A stretch of 64,000 nucleotides of DNA from Candidatus Campbellbacteria bacterium (GCA_045863475.1 BTUR01000001.1:184978-248977), one strand, 5' to 3'; counted from the first letter of the stretch, positions 29,823 through 38,123 are shown. Program-made: numbers and translations. Notes: generated from the letters alone by a model not told the origin.

Positions 29823-30251
29823 CTAACTAAACCACTGACGAAATCCTCGTGCACGAGGCAGTAAAAGAAGCAGTGCAAGCGGCGCGCCCCAGTTTGCCCA
29901 TCGTTCGACGAAGTCCCAGATTGACTCACCCATAATAGGACGCACGAGCGCGGTCCATAATCCCCAAAACGCCATCCAGAGTAGTGCGATGCGAATTGGT
30001 TTCACCAAAATAATGAGTGCAAGAATAATATCCATCAAACCAATGAGCGTCAGGAGCGTCATCGCCGTCCCCTGCTCCACCTTCATCAACTCCTGAATCC
30101 AAATAACCCACTGTTCCTTTCCGTTGTACGCAAGTATGCCGTGTCCGAAGAACTCTCCGGCGACCGCAATGCGCAACACCCATTCCATTGCTTTTGTATT
30201 CATACAAAAATAAATTAAAAAATGACTGATACCCTCAGTGTACGGCATCAA
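29823..30251 (-). CDS. hypothetical membrane protein
   Basis: 142 aa with 4 predicted TM helices. Confidence 0.4.
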   Translation of the reverse strand: MMPYTEGISHFLIYFCMNTKAMEWVLRIAVAGEFFGHGILAYNGKEQWVIWIQELMKVEQGTAMTLLTLIGLMDIILALIILVKPIRIALLWMAFWGLWTALVRPIMGESIWDFVERWANWGAPLALLLLLPRARGFRQWFS

Positions 30252-30291
30252 TCATTTTTTACGAGAGACCATGTGTATTGTCTCAACCTAG

Positions 30292-30362
30292 TCGGGGCGC
30301 CGAGAATCGGACTCGGTCTACTTGGTCCCAAACCAAGCGTACTACCGGTATACTACGCCCCG
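30292..30362 (-). tRNA. tRNA-Pro (anticodon UGG)
   Basis: Reverse complement gives CGGGGCG-TAGTATACCGGTAGTAC-GCTTGG-TTTGGGA-CCAAGT...CCGAG-TCCGATT-CTCGG-CGCCCCG-A; CCA is not encoded. Confidence 0.7.
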
Positions 30363-30742
30363 CTTTTGCCCTCCAACCCTCTTCTTATCTCATCGTGAAT
30401 AATCCTGTGGCAGTTAGCACACACAACTATACACTTTTTTATCTCTTTTATAAGTTTTTCGGACCCCACCTCTCGACGAAGTCCCCCTATTGTGAATGAT
30501 TTTGTCCCCTCAATTTTGTGATGAAAATCAAGCACTCTCGAATCGGCGTTGCCACAACGGTAGCATCCCCGGCTTTGTTTATATTCAGAGATCCACCGAT
30601 AATGCTTTTCTATAAGTGATTGTTTCGTCGCGCGATAACAATCGCGACACTTTCTCCGCCTAAATACCTTGCGTGGTGTTGTTAGTGCAACGCCAAAATA
30701 GTCGTCCGGGAATGTTTTGCCACAGTATTTGCATTTTTTCAT
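30353..30742 (-). CDS. HNH endonuclease, small standalone
   Basis: CxxC...CxxC, the LDFHHKI and CANCHRIIH motifs; its last 10 nt overlap the tRNA-Pro(UGG) 5' end. Confidence 0.7.
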   Translation of the reverse strand: MKKCKYCGKTFPDDYFGVALTTPRKVFRRRKCRDCYRATKQSLIEKHYRWISEYKQSRGCYRCGNADSRVLDFHHKIEGTKSFTIGGLRREVGSEKLIKEIKKCIVVCANCHRIIHDEIRRGLEGKSGA

Positions 30743-30802
30743 GCCCCAATTCTAGGGCGTGGATATAAATTTGGGATAAAATCACACATCCCAAAGAACA
30801 GG

Positions 30803-30873
30803 TCGGGCTGCCGGGAATTGAACCCGGTCTACATCCACCCCATGGATGCGTACTACCGGTATACTACAGCCCG
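30803..30873 (-). tRNA. tRNA-Pro (anticodon GGG)
   Basis: Reverse complement gives CGGGCTG-TAGTATACCGGTAGTAC-GCATCC-ATGGGGT-GGATGT-AGA-CCGGG-TTCAATT-CCCGG-CAGCCCG-A. Confidence 0.65.
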
Positions 30874-30981
30874 AGTGAGGAAAATCAGGTTTTATGTTCA
30901 CATGAAAACTGATTTTCCGAGCGAGGGACGTATCGAGATGCGCAGCAGCGAAGATACGCCCGACGAACTAATCTAGCATTT

Positions 30982-31740
30982 TTACATTTTTTTCTCCACC
31001 GAACTTTTCTTTAAACTCTTCCACACAATCTCAAAAATCTCGCGCATCGTCTTTGTAATCGCCGGGTTCTCAATCACTAATCCTTGTAAATTAAGCGGAT
31101 CAAAAAATCGCACAAACGTCGGACCAATCTCTACGGCAATGTCCGACGAGTATTCTCCTGCAGGTGCTTCAACAAATTCGCGTCCATACTCGATATCTTT
31201 TGCCCGAAATTCTTTCAAAGAAGGATCTTTCGGAGCGATACCTTGCATTCGCACCCCTCTGTTTTTCAACTCTTCGTTGTATTCCTCATATCCGCCGAAT
31301 ATTTTCATAACCTCAGGCGATGTTTTGGCATAGAAACCTTTTACAATTCCTCCCTCAAGAGAATCCAGACCGTACCGCAAAACTTCTTTCGCACCCTCAG
31401 CACCGTCAAAAAACAGCACTTGCGGTTTTTCGGTACCAACTTTCTCCAACGCCTTGATTTCCGGAAGCGCCCGCTCAACCTGTTCCAACCTTTCACGCGC
31501 CTTTTCAATCAGGTTTTCCGGCGATATCGCACGATAGAGCCTCTTTTTTGTACGTGGAACCAAAACCGCCGCTCCTTTGCGTACAAGCTCGTTAAGAATC
31601 ACATATGCCGTCGGACGTTTAAGCCCGCTGACAACCGCCACGGAGTACGCAGATGTCGTCCCGCGCTTCAAAAGAGCAAGGTATACCGCCGCCTCTTTCT
31701 CGGAAAACCCCAAGCGTTGTATAAGCTCCTGAAATTCCAT
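30982..31740 (-). CDS. TrmB-family winged-helix transcriptional regulator
   Basis: N-terminus LGFSEKEAAVYLALLKRGTTSAYSVAVVSGLKRPTAYVILNELVRKG is TrmB-like HTH, followed by a C-terminal effector-like domain. Confidence 0.55.
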   Translation of the reverse strand: MEFQELIQRLGFSEKEAAVYLALLKRGTTSAYSVAVVSGLKRPTAYVILNELVRKGAAVLVPRTKKRLYRAISPENLIEKARERLEQVERALPEIKALEKVGTEKPQVLFFDGAEGAKEVLRYGLDSLEGGIVKGFYAKTSPEVMKIFGGYEEYNEELKNRGVRMQGIAPKDPSLKEFRAKDIEYGREFVEAPAGEYSSDIAVEIGPTFVRFFDPLNLQGLVIENPAITKTMREIFEIVWKSLKKSSVEKKM

Positions 31741-31949
31741 ACATGGGCAGTATATACGCAACAGAAATAATAGTCAATATTTTTGACAACCTAAAGTGAT
31801 GGACGCATTAAAACCTTATTCTCAGGCGTTTTTTGACGTTTCACTGCACTATTTTTAGTCATAGTATTTGACATTTTATTCAAACCCATGTACACTGTGT
31901 CCAGATGATGAGCAATAAAGCTCATCGAGATCTTTGAGGAGACACTCTC

Positions 31950-32432
31950 ATGTATATCGAGGTCATCGGTGACACTCGGAACGGCGGAGATGTTTGGGCT
32001 GAAGTGGTAATCGGCGAGTGGAGCGGCAAGCCCCACCTCGATTCCGAACAAGCCACCATCTTCTACACCCCACTCTCAGAGCCGGTCCGGCAGGTTCTCG
32101 ATTCGCTTGGTCACAAGCACATCGAGGCCTTCGAGCATCTCTTCCTGCAACTCTTCCGCGCAGGCATGGATGCCGAGCATGATTGTCCTGAGATTATTCA
32201 AAATATTCGGGACATCTGGGAGCTCGACGCCGAGCAAGAGCGAGAGAGGCTCTGGCAAGAGGAGCACCGGGCCGGAATTGAGTACTGGGGCTCTAGGGGA
32301 CCAAACACCATCGAAAAGGACGAGCTGCTCGGAAAACAAATCTGGCAGGGACTCTCGATTGATGGTGGTGGTAACGAGGAGACGGCCCAGGAGTCCGCGG
32401 AGGACTCAGAAACAGAACCTCCGAAGCCGTGA
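31950..32432 (+). CDS. hypothetical acidic protein
   Basis: 160-aa ORF with high GC. Confidence 0.35.
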   Translation: MYIEVIGDTRNGGDVWAEVVIGEWSGKPHLDSEQATIFYTPLSEPVRQVLDSLGHKHIEAFEHLFLQLFRAGMDAEHDCPEIIQNIRDIWELDAEQERERLWQEEHRAGIEYWGSRGPNTIEKDELLGKQIWQGLSIDGGGNEETAQESAEDSETEPPKP

Positions 32433-32487
32433 GGCCGAAGACTCACGCACAGCCAACGGGAAACCGGGGCTGTTTTTTTATAAGTTT

Positions 32488-32892
32488 CTAAAGGACATTC
32501 TCAATGACACCTATTCTGGCAGTTTTGTCCTTTAGATTTAACTTTACCGTAACCACGTCCAGTTGGAATTTTGTTTCACGTGGAACATCCTTATCTACCA
32601 GGTAGGTTTGAATTACCCGTGAAAGCCGCTTGAGCTTTTCACGTGTAACATGTTCCTCTGGTCTTATTTGATTTGTTTCACGTGAAACATTACTTGTTTC
32701 TGTTTCCCATGAAACACACTTTACCTCAACAAAGTGAACTACGGATTCTTTGCAAGCAACAACATCCAACTCACCCCATTTTCTAAGATAATTTCTTTCA
32801 ATTATTGAAAAACCCTGTTTCATGAGAAACCGGACAGCCAGATCTTCCCCGATTCTTCCTATTTTTGATGTTTTTGTACCTAATTGTTTCAC
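32488..32892 (-). CDS. YraN/UPF0102-family predicted endonuclease, with a repeat-derived insertion
   Basis: GEDLAVRFLMKQGFSIIERNYLRKWGELDVVACKESVVHFVEVK is the YraN core. The ORF also contains multiple GTTTCACGTGAAAC-type palindromes that encode a low-complexity insert. Confidence 0.55.
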   Translation of the reverse strand: MKQLGTKTSKIGRIGEDLAVRFLMKQGFSIIERNYLRKWGELDVVACKESVVHFVEVKCVSWETETSNVSRETNQIRPEEHVTREKLKRLSRVIQTYLVDKDVPRETKFQLDVVTVKLNLKDKTARIGVIENVL

Positions 32893-33265
32893 GTGAAACT
32901 ATATTTTATAAAAAGCCTTATTTTATAACGTTTTTCATAAACTAAAGGACTTCAAGGACTGGTGTCTTTTACACATATCCCCGTTGTTATCCCCATTTTA
33001 GTGTTGAAAAATAAAGTTTTCTTAAAGACTTTCCTTGCTGTCTTTTTCATCTGATGTTCAAAATTGATTTCTTAGAGGCCTTGCCACTAAGTGCTTAGTG
33101 GCGAGACCTCTTGGGTACAACTTGGAAAAAAGTGTATATACGCTATACTCCAAAGCGTGCTGAAAGCACACTTGCGGGCATATGCGGTAGGTAGCATATG
33201 TCGCTGCGTTTGGAAAAGATGGGACTGAAGATCTCCAATCTTCATTCCGCCTTATTCCTCATTTG

Positions 33266-33336
33266 CGGGCATGGTTTAGTGGTAGAACACGTCCTTGCCA
33301 AGGACGAGACGGGAGTCCGATTCTCCCTGCCCGCAC
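33266..33336 (+). tRNA. tRNA-Gly (anticodon GCC)
   Basis: GCGGGCA...CGTCC-TTGCCAA-GGACG...GGGAG-TCCGATT-CTCCC-TGCCCGC-A, followed by CCA at 33337-33339. Confidence 0.8.
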
Positions 33337-33361
33337 CAAGTTGGTTACCCAAAATACTACC

Positions 33362-33386
33362 GTAGTGTGCTCCCGGAGGGATTCGG
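33362..33386. repeat. duplicated tRNA-Arg 3'-end fragment (direct repeat of 33481-33500)
   Basis: TGTGCTCCCGGAGGGATTCG occurs at both sites; the intervening 95 nt contains further T-arm-like debris (GGCTTTCGAATCCCTCC). Confidence 0.5.
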
Positions 33387-33482
33387 TCACAGATACTTTT
33401 CTGCTGAAAAGTCCTTCGACCCCGCCTCGCACCGTCGTGCTCCGGCTTTCGAATCCCTCCGAAAACATCGTATTACAATTTG

Positions 33483-33554
33483 TGCTCCCGGAGGGATTCG
33501 AACCCCCAACAACAGGTTCGAAGCCTGTCGTGATATCCATTTCACCACGGGAGC
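33483..33554 (-). tRNA. tRNA-Arg (anticodon UCG)
   Basis: Reverse complement gives GCTCCCG-TG-GTGAAATGGATATCAC-GACAGG-CTTCGAA-CCTGT-TGTTG-GGGGG-TTCGAAT-CCCTC-CGGGAGC-A. Confidence 0.7.
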
Positions 33555-33620
33555 AGATACGGTCGTATCATAATCTGATTCTTCGCTTTTTGCTACGGAT
33601 TTTCAATATACAATCAATGT

Positions 33621-35084
33621 ATGAAACCCATCCCTAAAGAAGTTCGCGGCGTTGTCGCACTGCTTCAGCACGGAGGCTACGAGGCATACCTTGTCGGCGG
33701 ATGTGTTCGGGACATCTACCTCAACCGAACACCCAAAGACTGGGACGTGACGACAAACGCAACGCCGGAGCAAATCCAGGCGGTTTTTCCGCACACGTTC
33801 TATGAAAATGATTTTGGAACCGTTGGTGTGGTCAACGACGACACGGAAGACCCGACACTAAAAAATATTGAGGTAACACCGTACCGAAAAGAAGGGAAGT
33901 ACACCGACAAACGCCGCCCTGACGAGGTTGTCTTCGGCGCAACGCTTGCAGAAGACCTCGCGCGTCGCGACTTCACCGTCAACGCACTTGCGTACGACCC
34001 CGCAACGGAGACACTGGTTGACCTCTACGACGGGGAAGAGGATCTCGCAAAGGGAGTTATTCGCGCGGTGGGCAATCCTGATGAACGTTTTGAGGAAGAT
34101 GCACTGCGATTGCTGCGTGCCGTGCGCCTTGCAACCGAACTTTCCTTCGAGATCGAAGAAAAAACGGCAACCGCCATCAAGCAACGCGCAAAAAACCTCG
34201 GTGAGATTTCCGGCGAGCGCATTCGCGAAGAACTCAGCAAAATTCTTATGTCTGACGCGCCGTTCCGTGGCCTGGAAATTCTCCATGAACACGGACTGCT
34301 CCGTTTTGTCGTTCCCGAACTCTCCGAAGGAGTCGGCGTGGGTCAGAATCAGGCCCATTCTTTCACGGTTTTTGAGCACATCGGTCGCACCGTGCAGGCG
34401 GCGGCGGATAAAAAGTTTCCGCTTGAAGTCCGGCTCGCGTGTCTCTTCCATGACATTGCAAAACCGCACACAAAAGCGATGGATACGAAGAAAAACGACT
34501 GGTCATTCCACGGGCACGAGGTTGTCGGAAGCCGTATCGCACGAAAACGCCTCCAGGAACTCCGATTTTCCAACGATGTCATTGATACGGTGATAAAACT
34601 TGTGCGTTGGCACATGTTTTTCTCCGACACTGAGCAAATCACGCACTCCGCGGTGCGCCGGCTCATACGAAACGTCGGACGGGAGAACGTGGAAAACATT
34701 TTAAACGTCCGCATCTGCGATCGCATCGGCACCGGACGTCCGAAAGAGCAGCCGTACCGGCTCCGCAAGTACAAAGCAATGATTGATGAGGTGATGCGCG
34801 ACCCGGTGTCCGTCTCGATGCTTGCAATTGACGGCCGCGGACTCATGCAACTGCTTGATGAGAAACCCGGACCGCGCGTGGGGTGGATTTTGCACGCACT
34901 CTTAGAAGATGTGCTTGATGATCCGACACGCAACGAGCTCTCCTATTTGGAAAAACGCGCGTTTGAACTCGCCGGTATGCCTGAAAAAGAACTGCGCGCA
35001 CTCGGTGAAAAGGGAAAGGACGCACGTGAAGAAGCGGAGGAAAAGGAAGTCAAAAAGATCCGCTCAAAGCACCACGTGCAGTAG
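33621..35084 (+). CDS. cca: CCA-adding enzyme / poly(A) polymerase-family tRNA nucleotidyltransferase with an HD domain
   Basis: GGCVRD...DWD nucleotidyltransferase head, the RDFTVNAL motif, and HD-domain motifs HSFTVFEH and LFHDIAKP. Confidence 0.85.
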   Translation: MKPIPKEVRGVVALLQHGGYEAYLVGGCVRDIYLNRTPKDWDVTTNATPEQIQAVFPHTFYENDFGTVGVVNDDTEDPTLKNIEVTPYRKEGKYTDKRRPDEVVFGATLAEDLARRDFTVNALAYDPATETLVDLYDGEEDLAKGVIRAVGNPDERFEEDALRLLRAVRLATELSFEIEEKTATAIKQRAKNLGEISGERIREELSKILMSDAPFRGLEILHEHGLLRFVVPELSEGVGVGQNQAHSFTVFEHIGRTVQAAADKKFPLEVRLACLFHDIAKPHTKAMDTKKNDWSFHGHEVVGSRIARKRLQELRFSNDVIDTVIKLVRWHMFFSDTEQITHSAVRRLIRNVGRENVENILNVRICDRIGTGRPKEQPYRLRKYKAMIDEVMRDPVSVSMLAIDGRGLMQLLDEKPGPRVGWILHALLEDVLDDPTRNELSYLEKRAFELAGMPEKELRALGEKGKDAREEAEEKEVKKIRSKHHVQ

Positions 35085-35504
35085 AACGCAAAAAGCCGCC
35101 CTACAAAGCGTGATCGTTGCATTGTGCGGGATGCACCATGTTGATCTGTGCCCTGTGAAAGCGGCTTGTCGTGGAACGCCCAGCAGGCAATTCCAGTTTG
35201 GATGTGGGGTAAAAATCGCATAAGGACTATTGATTGGAGGTATGCGTGCATACGAACTCCGGAATCTTGCGACACCTCAAAGAGAGATGTGGCTATCCTT
35301 GATGAAACGACTCTTCATTCCCTCATCACGACAAAGAACAAATCCTCGGGGAGAGGGCAAGGAGACATGTGGGGTTTTGATTTGTAGACCCCCTCAACTC
35401 CGACTCTGGTATCAATTCTAAAGGACACAGTTTCAATGTAAAGGACACAATGGTGGATAACCGTGCTTTCCGATGTCCTTTATAAAGGACATCGGAAAAA
35501 ACCC

Positions 35505-36269
35505 TTACAAAACAAGCTCAACAGGGCAGTGGTCAGAACCGTAAACAGTAGGTATGATTTCCGACTTCTTCACACGACTAAGTAAATCAGGTGTTACAAA
35601 AAAGTAATCCAAGCGCCAGCCGACATTGCGATCGCGTGCGCGCGTTTTGAGATCCCAGTACGTATACGCGTCACGTTTGTTGGGATAGAAATTACGAAAC
35701 GTGTCAACGAACCCCTCCGCTATCACCTCATCCATCCATGCACGTTCTTCCGGAAGGAATCCGACGTGGTCCTCGTTTTCCTTGGGCCGGGCAATGTCTA
35801 TCTCCTCATGGGCGACGTTCACGTCCCCGCAGAAAATGACGCTTTTGCCTTGTTTTTTAAGCCCCTTTACGTATTCCAGAAAGGCGTCGTAGAAATCAAG
35901 CTTGTGTTTGAGTCTCTCGGGAGCACCGCCACCATTGGGAAAATAGACGTTTAAAAGCACAAAATCCTCAAAAACAGCCTCAATAAGCCTTCCTTGGGAG
36001 TTGAACCGCTCCGGCAGAACGTCAAAATTCACCTTTTTTGGCTCAATCTTGCTGTAGAGGGCAACACCACTGTGACCCTTGCGCTCTTTTGAGGAGTTGA
36101 AGTAAGCGAAATATCCCTCCGGTTTTCGGACCTCTGGCGGGAGTTGTAACTCCTCGGCTTTCGTCTCCTGCAGGCAGAAAATGTCGGGTTTTTCGTGCTC
36201 AAACCACTCCCAATATCCCTGGTTATAGAGCGAGCGGAGGCCGTTAACATTCCACGAAACGATGCGCAT
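35505..36269 (-). CDS. xth: exodeoxyribonuclease III
   Basis: MRIVSWNVNGLRS...CLQETK...SDHCPV is the ExoIII/APE family. Confidence 0.9.
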   Translation of the reverse strand: MRIVSWNVNGLRSLYNQGYWEWFEHEKPDIFCLQETKAEELQLPPEVRKPEGYFAYFNSSKERKGHSGVALYSKIEPKKVNFDVLPERFNSQGRLIEAVFEDFVLLNVYFPNGGGAPERLKHKLDFYDAFLEYVKGLKKQGKSVIFCGDVNVAHEEIDIARPKENEDHVGFLPEERAWMDEVIAEGFVDTFRNFYPNKRDAYTYWDLKTRARDRNVGWRLDYFFVTPDLLSRVKKSEIIPTVYGSDHCPVELVL

Positions 36270-36376
36270 GAAGAAATAATACCATCTGTTGTGCTATGCA
36301 CAGCATGCGTTCCCCGGCAAAACACCCTTGCTACAATGAAGGAAACATTATTAGAAACGTAATTAACAAACGCACT

Positions 36377-36649
36377 ATGATGAAAGGAAAATGCTCGACG
36401 GCGGGGATTGCATGGATTCTCGTTCTCGTCGGCGCAATCAACTGGGGCTTGGTGGGACTCGGCTACTTCTTCGGAGGTAACTGGAACGTCGTCAACTTGC
36501 TCTTGGGAAACTGGATGTGGCTTGAAGCAGTCGTCTACGTCCTCGTCGGCGTTGCCGGCGTCTACTCAATCTGGGGTTGCAAGTGCCACACCTGCAGCAG
36601 CGGCAAAATGGAGATGAAGAGTGCCGCACCGATGGGCGGACAAATGTAA
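36377..36649 (+). CDS. DUF378-like small membrane protein
   Basis: IAWILVLVGAINWGLVGL...VYVLVGVAGVYSIW shows two TM helices with the INWGLVG motif. Confidence 0.55.
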   Translation: MMKGKCSTAGIAWILVLVGAINWGLVGLGYFFGGNWNVVNLLLGNWMWLEAVVYVLVGVAGVYSIWGCKCHTCSSGKMEMKSAAPMGGQM

Positions 36650-36831
36650 CTCTCCGCTTGCATTTTATTTCGGGAACACGCGTAATTGTCTGCTGACAAT
36701 TCACTCGCACTCGCCCTCATCGGGCTCCGTGAGTTTCCCGAAATAAAAAGCTCGCTACGTACGAAACCCCGGCCGTAAGGCCGGGGTTTCACGTTCTAAT
36801 TTTCTGCAAGTACCGCGTAAAGTGGGGGCCC

Positions 36832-36859
36832 TTGACAAACAATTTTAGCTTGCTATAAT
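36832..36859 (+). promoter_or_regulatory. near-consensus sigma70 promoter
   Basis: TTGACA at 36832-36837, a 16-nt spacer, TATAAT at 36854-36859; the predicted +1 is about 36865-36866. Confidence 0.6.
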
Positions 36860-36864
36860 GCCCT

Positions 36865-37021
36865 CGTCACATAGCTCAACGTAAGGTAGAGCGGCGGTCA
36901 AAAAACCGCGTCAGACCGAAGGGGAAAAGAGGCAGTGCTGGCGAGCACAGAAGCCCTCAGAACCTAGGTCGCAGAGATACGCATCTCTGTTGTGTGGGTC
37001 GAATCCCACTGTGGCACCCGA
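36865..37021 (+). ncRNA. tRNA-like structured RNA with a roughly 100-nt insertion in the variable-loop position, an initiator-like C1·A72 mismatch and an encoded CCA; identity unresolved
   Basis: 7-bp acceptor (CGTCACA/TGTGGCA), U8-A9, D-arm GCTC-AACGTAAGGTA-GAGC, anticodon-like stem GCGG(T)-loop TCAAAAA-(A)CCGC with no standard anticodon. A roughly 95-nt multi-hairpin insert follows, then T-arm GTGGG-TCGAAT-CCCAC, then C73-CCA. A downstream hairpin and terminator lie at 37022-37100. Confidence 0.4.
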
Positions 37022-37073
37022 GCCGCTGGTACACCCGGCGGCTTCTTCATTTCACAAATTCACAAAAATAAAA

Positions 37074-37100
37074 CCCCTCACACGAGGGGTTTTATTTTTT
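37074..37100. terminator. bidirectional rho-independent terminator
   Basis: CCCCTCACACGAGGGG with an A-run on one side and a T-run on the other; serves the ncRNA on + and the Xer gene on -. Confidence 0.6.
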
Positions 37101-38000
37101 CCCGTGAAAGTTTTTATGCACGTCGCGCAGGTGTTTGTCGGTGACGTGCGTGTAAATCTGCGTCGTCGTGATGTTCGCGTGACCTAAGAGCGCCTGCACC
37201 GAACGCAGATCCGCGCCGTTTTCCAGCAAGTCGGTGGCAAACGAGTGACGCACGACGTGCGGTGTTACTTTTTTTGAAATACCCGCTTTCACGGCGTACC
37301 GTTTCACGAGGCGTTCGACAGAACGTGCAGATAACCGCAAATCTGAACGGCTTTTTGAGGACGGCCCCGCCTGTACAAACATCGCATCATCAAGATCGGC
37401 ACGCTTTGCAAGATAACTTTCAACCGCGGCGCGTGCGGTGGGGGAGACAAACACGACACGCACCTTATCTCCCTTGCCACGAATGGAGAATTCTCCGCGC
37501 GAAAGATCAATATCGCGCGGCAACGACACGAGTTCAGAAACGCGCATGCCGGTGGAGAACAAGAGTGCAAGAATCGCGCGGTCGCGCAGGGCAGTCAGTG
37601 AGTCGCCCTCGGGTGCACGCATGAGACGTGCAAGTTCTGAGGACGTAATGAGATCCAAATCGCGGTCACCGACTTTCGCAAGTTCAATCGCCTCCGGCTG
37701 AAGACTCTCTACGCCGCGTTTGCGCAAAAATTTCAGAAATGCGCGCAGTGCGATGAGATAGTAGTTCTGCGTTTTCTTCTTCAGCGTCTCGCCGCTTTTT
37801 CCTCCGGCATCCTGACGGTTCAGCCACAGGCGGAACTCACGCACCACCGTCTCAGTGATGTCCTTCGGTTTCGAGACTTTGGAGAAGGTGATGAAGCGGG
37901 AGAGGTACCGGTCGTAATTTTCAACCGTCTTCAGCGAGCGGCCGCGCTCGATTTCAAGATACTCGAGGAATTCGCGCTTGAGTGTTTCAACATCTTTCAT
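37092..38000 (-). CDS. xerC: tyrosine recombinase, XerC/XerD family
   Basis: N-terminal SAM-like domain (LEYLEIERGRSLKTVENYDRYL) and the catalytic region ...HVVRHSFATDLLENGADLRSVQALLGHANITTTQIYTHV with R...HxxR...Y. Confidence 0.85.
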   Translation of the reverse strand: MKDVETLKREFLEYLEIERGRSLKTVENYDRYLSRFITFSKVSKPKDITETVVREFRLWLNRQDAGGKSGETLKKKTQNYYLIALRAFLKFLRKRGVESLQPEAIELAKVGDRDLDLITSSELARLMRAPEGDSLTALRDRAILALLFSTGMRVSELVSLPRDIDLSRGEFSIRGKGDKVRVVFVSPTARAAVESYLAKRADLDDAMFVQAGPSSKSRSDLRLSARSVERLVKRYAVKAGISKKVTPHVVRHSFATDLLENGADLRSVQALLGHANITTTQIYTHVTDKHLRDVHKNFHGKK

Positions 38001-38123
38001 ACTCCTATTGTGCCTCCTTTTTAGTGTCGCACAATATTGTCAACCAATCGCAATTGACATACATAGACGGTGTTGCTATTACTCTTGCAGAACGAACGAA
38101 AAAACGACCTGAAAGGAGTGCCC

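Noticed and set aside
36865-37100. Calling the tRNA-like RNA a tmRNA or an SRP RNA
   Set aside because: At about 155-235 nt it is too short for tmRNA and has no tag-peptide ORF or pseudoknot series. It retains a proper D-arm, which tmRNA lacks. The SRP domain-IV consensus (GGAAGCAGCC-type) is not present, only weak resemblance. It is left as unclassified.
37092-38000. Phage or ICE integrase marking a prophage boundary next to the tRNA-like gene
   Set aside because: The protein has the full XerC/XerD architecture and motif set and no phage genes flank it. A housekeeping dimer-resolution recombinase is more likely, although an integrative role cannot be excluded.
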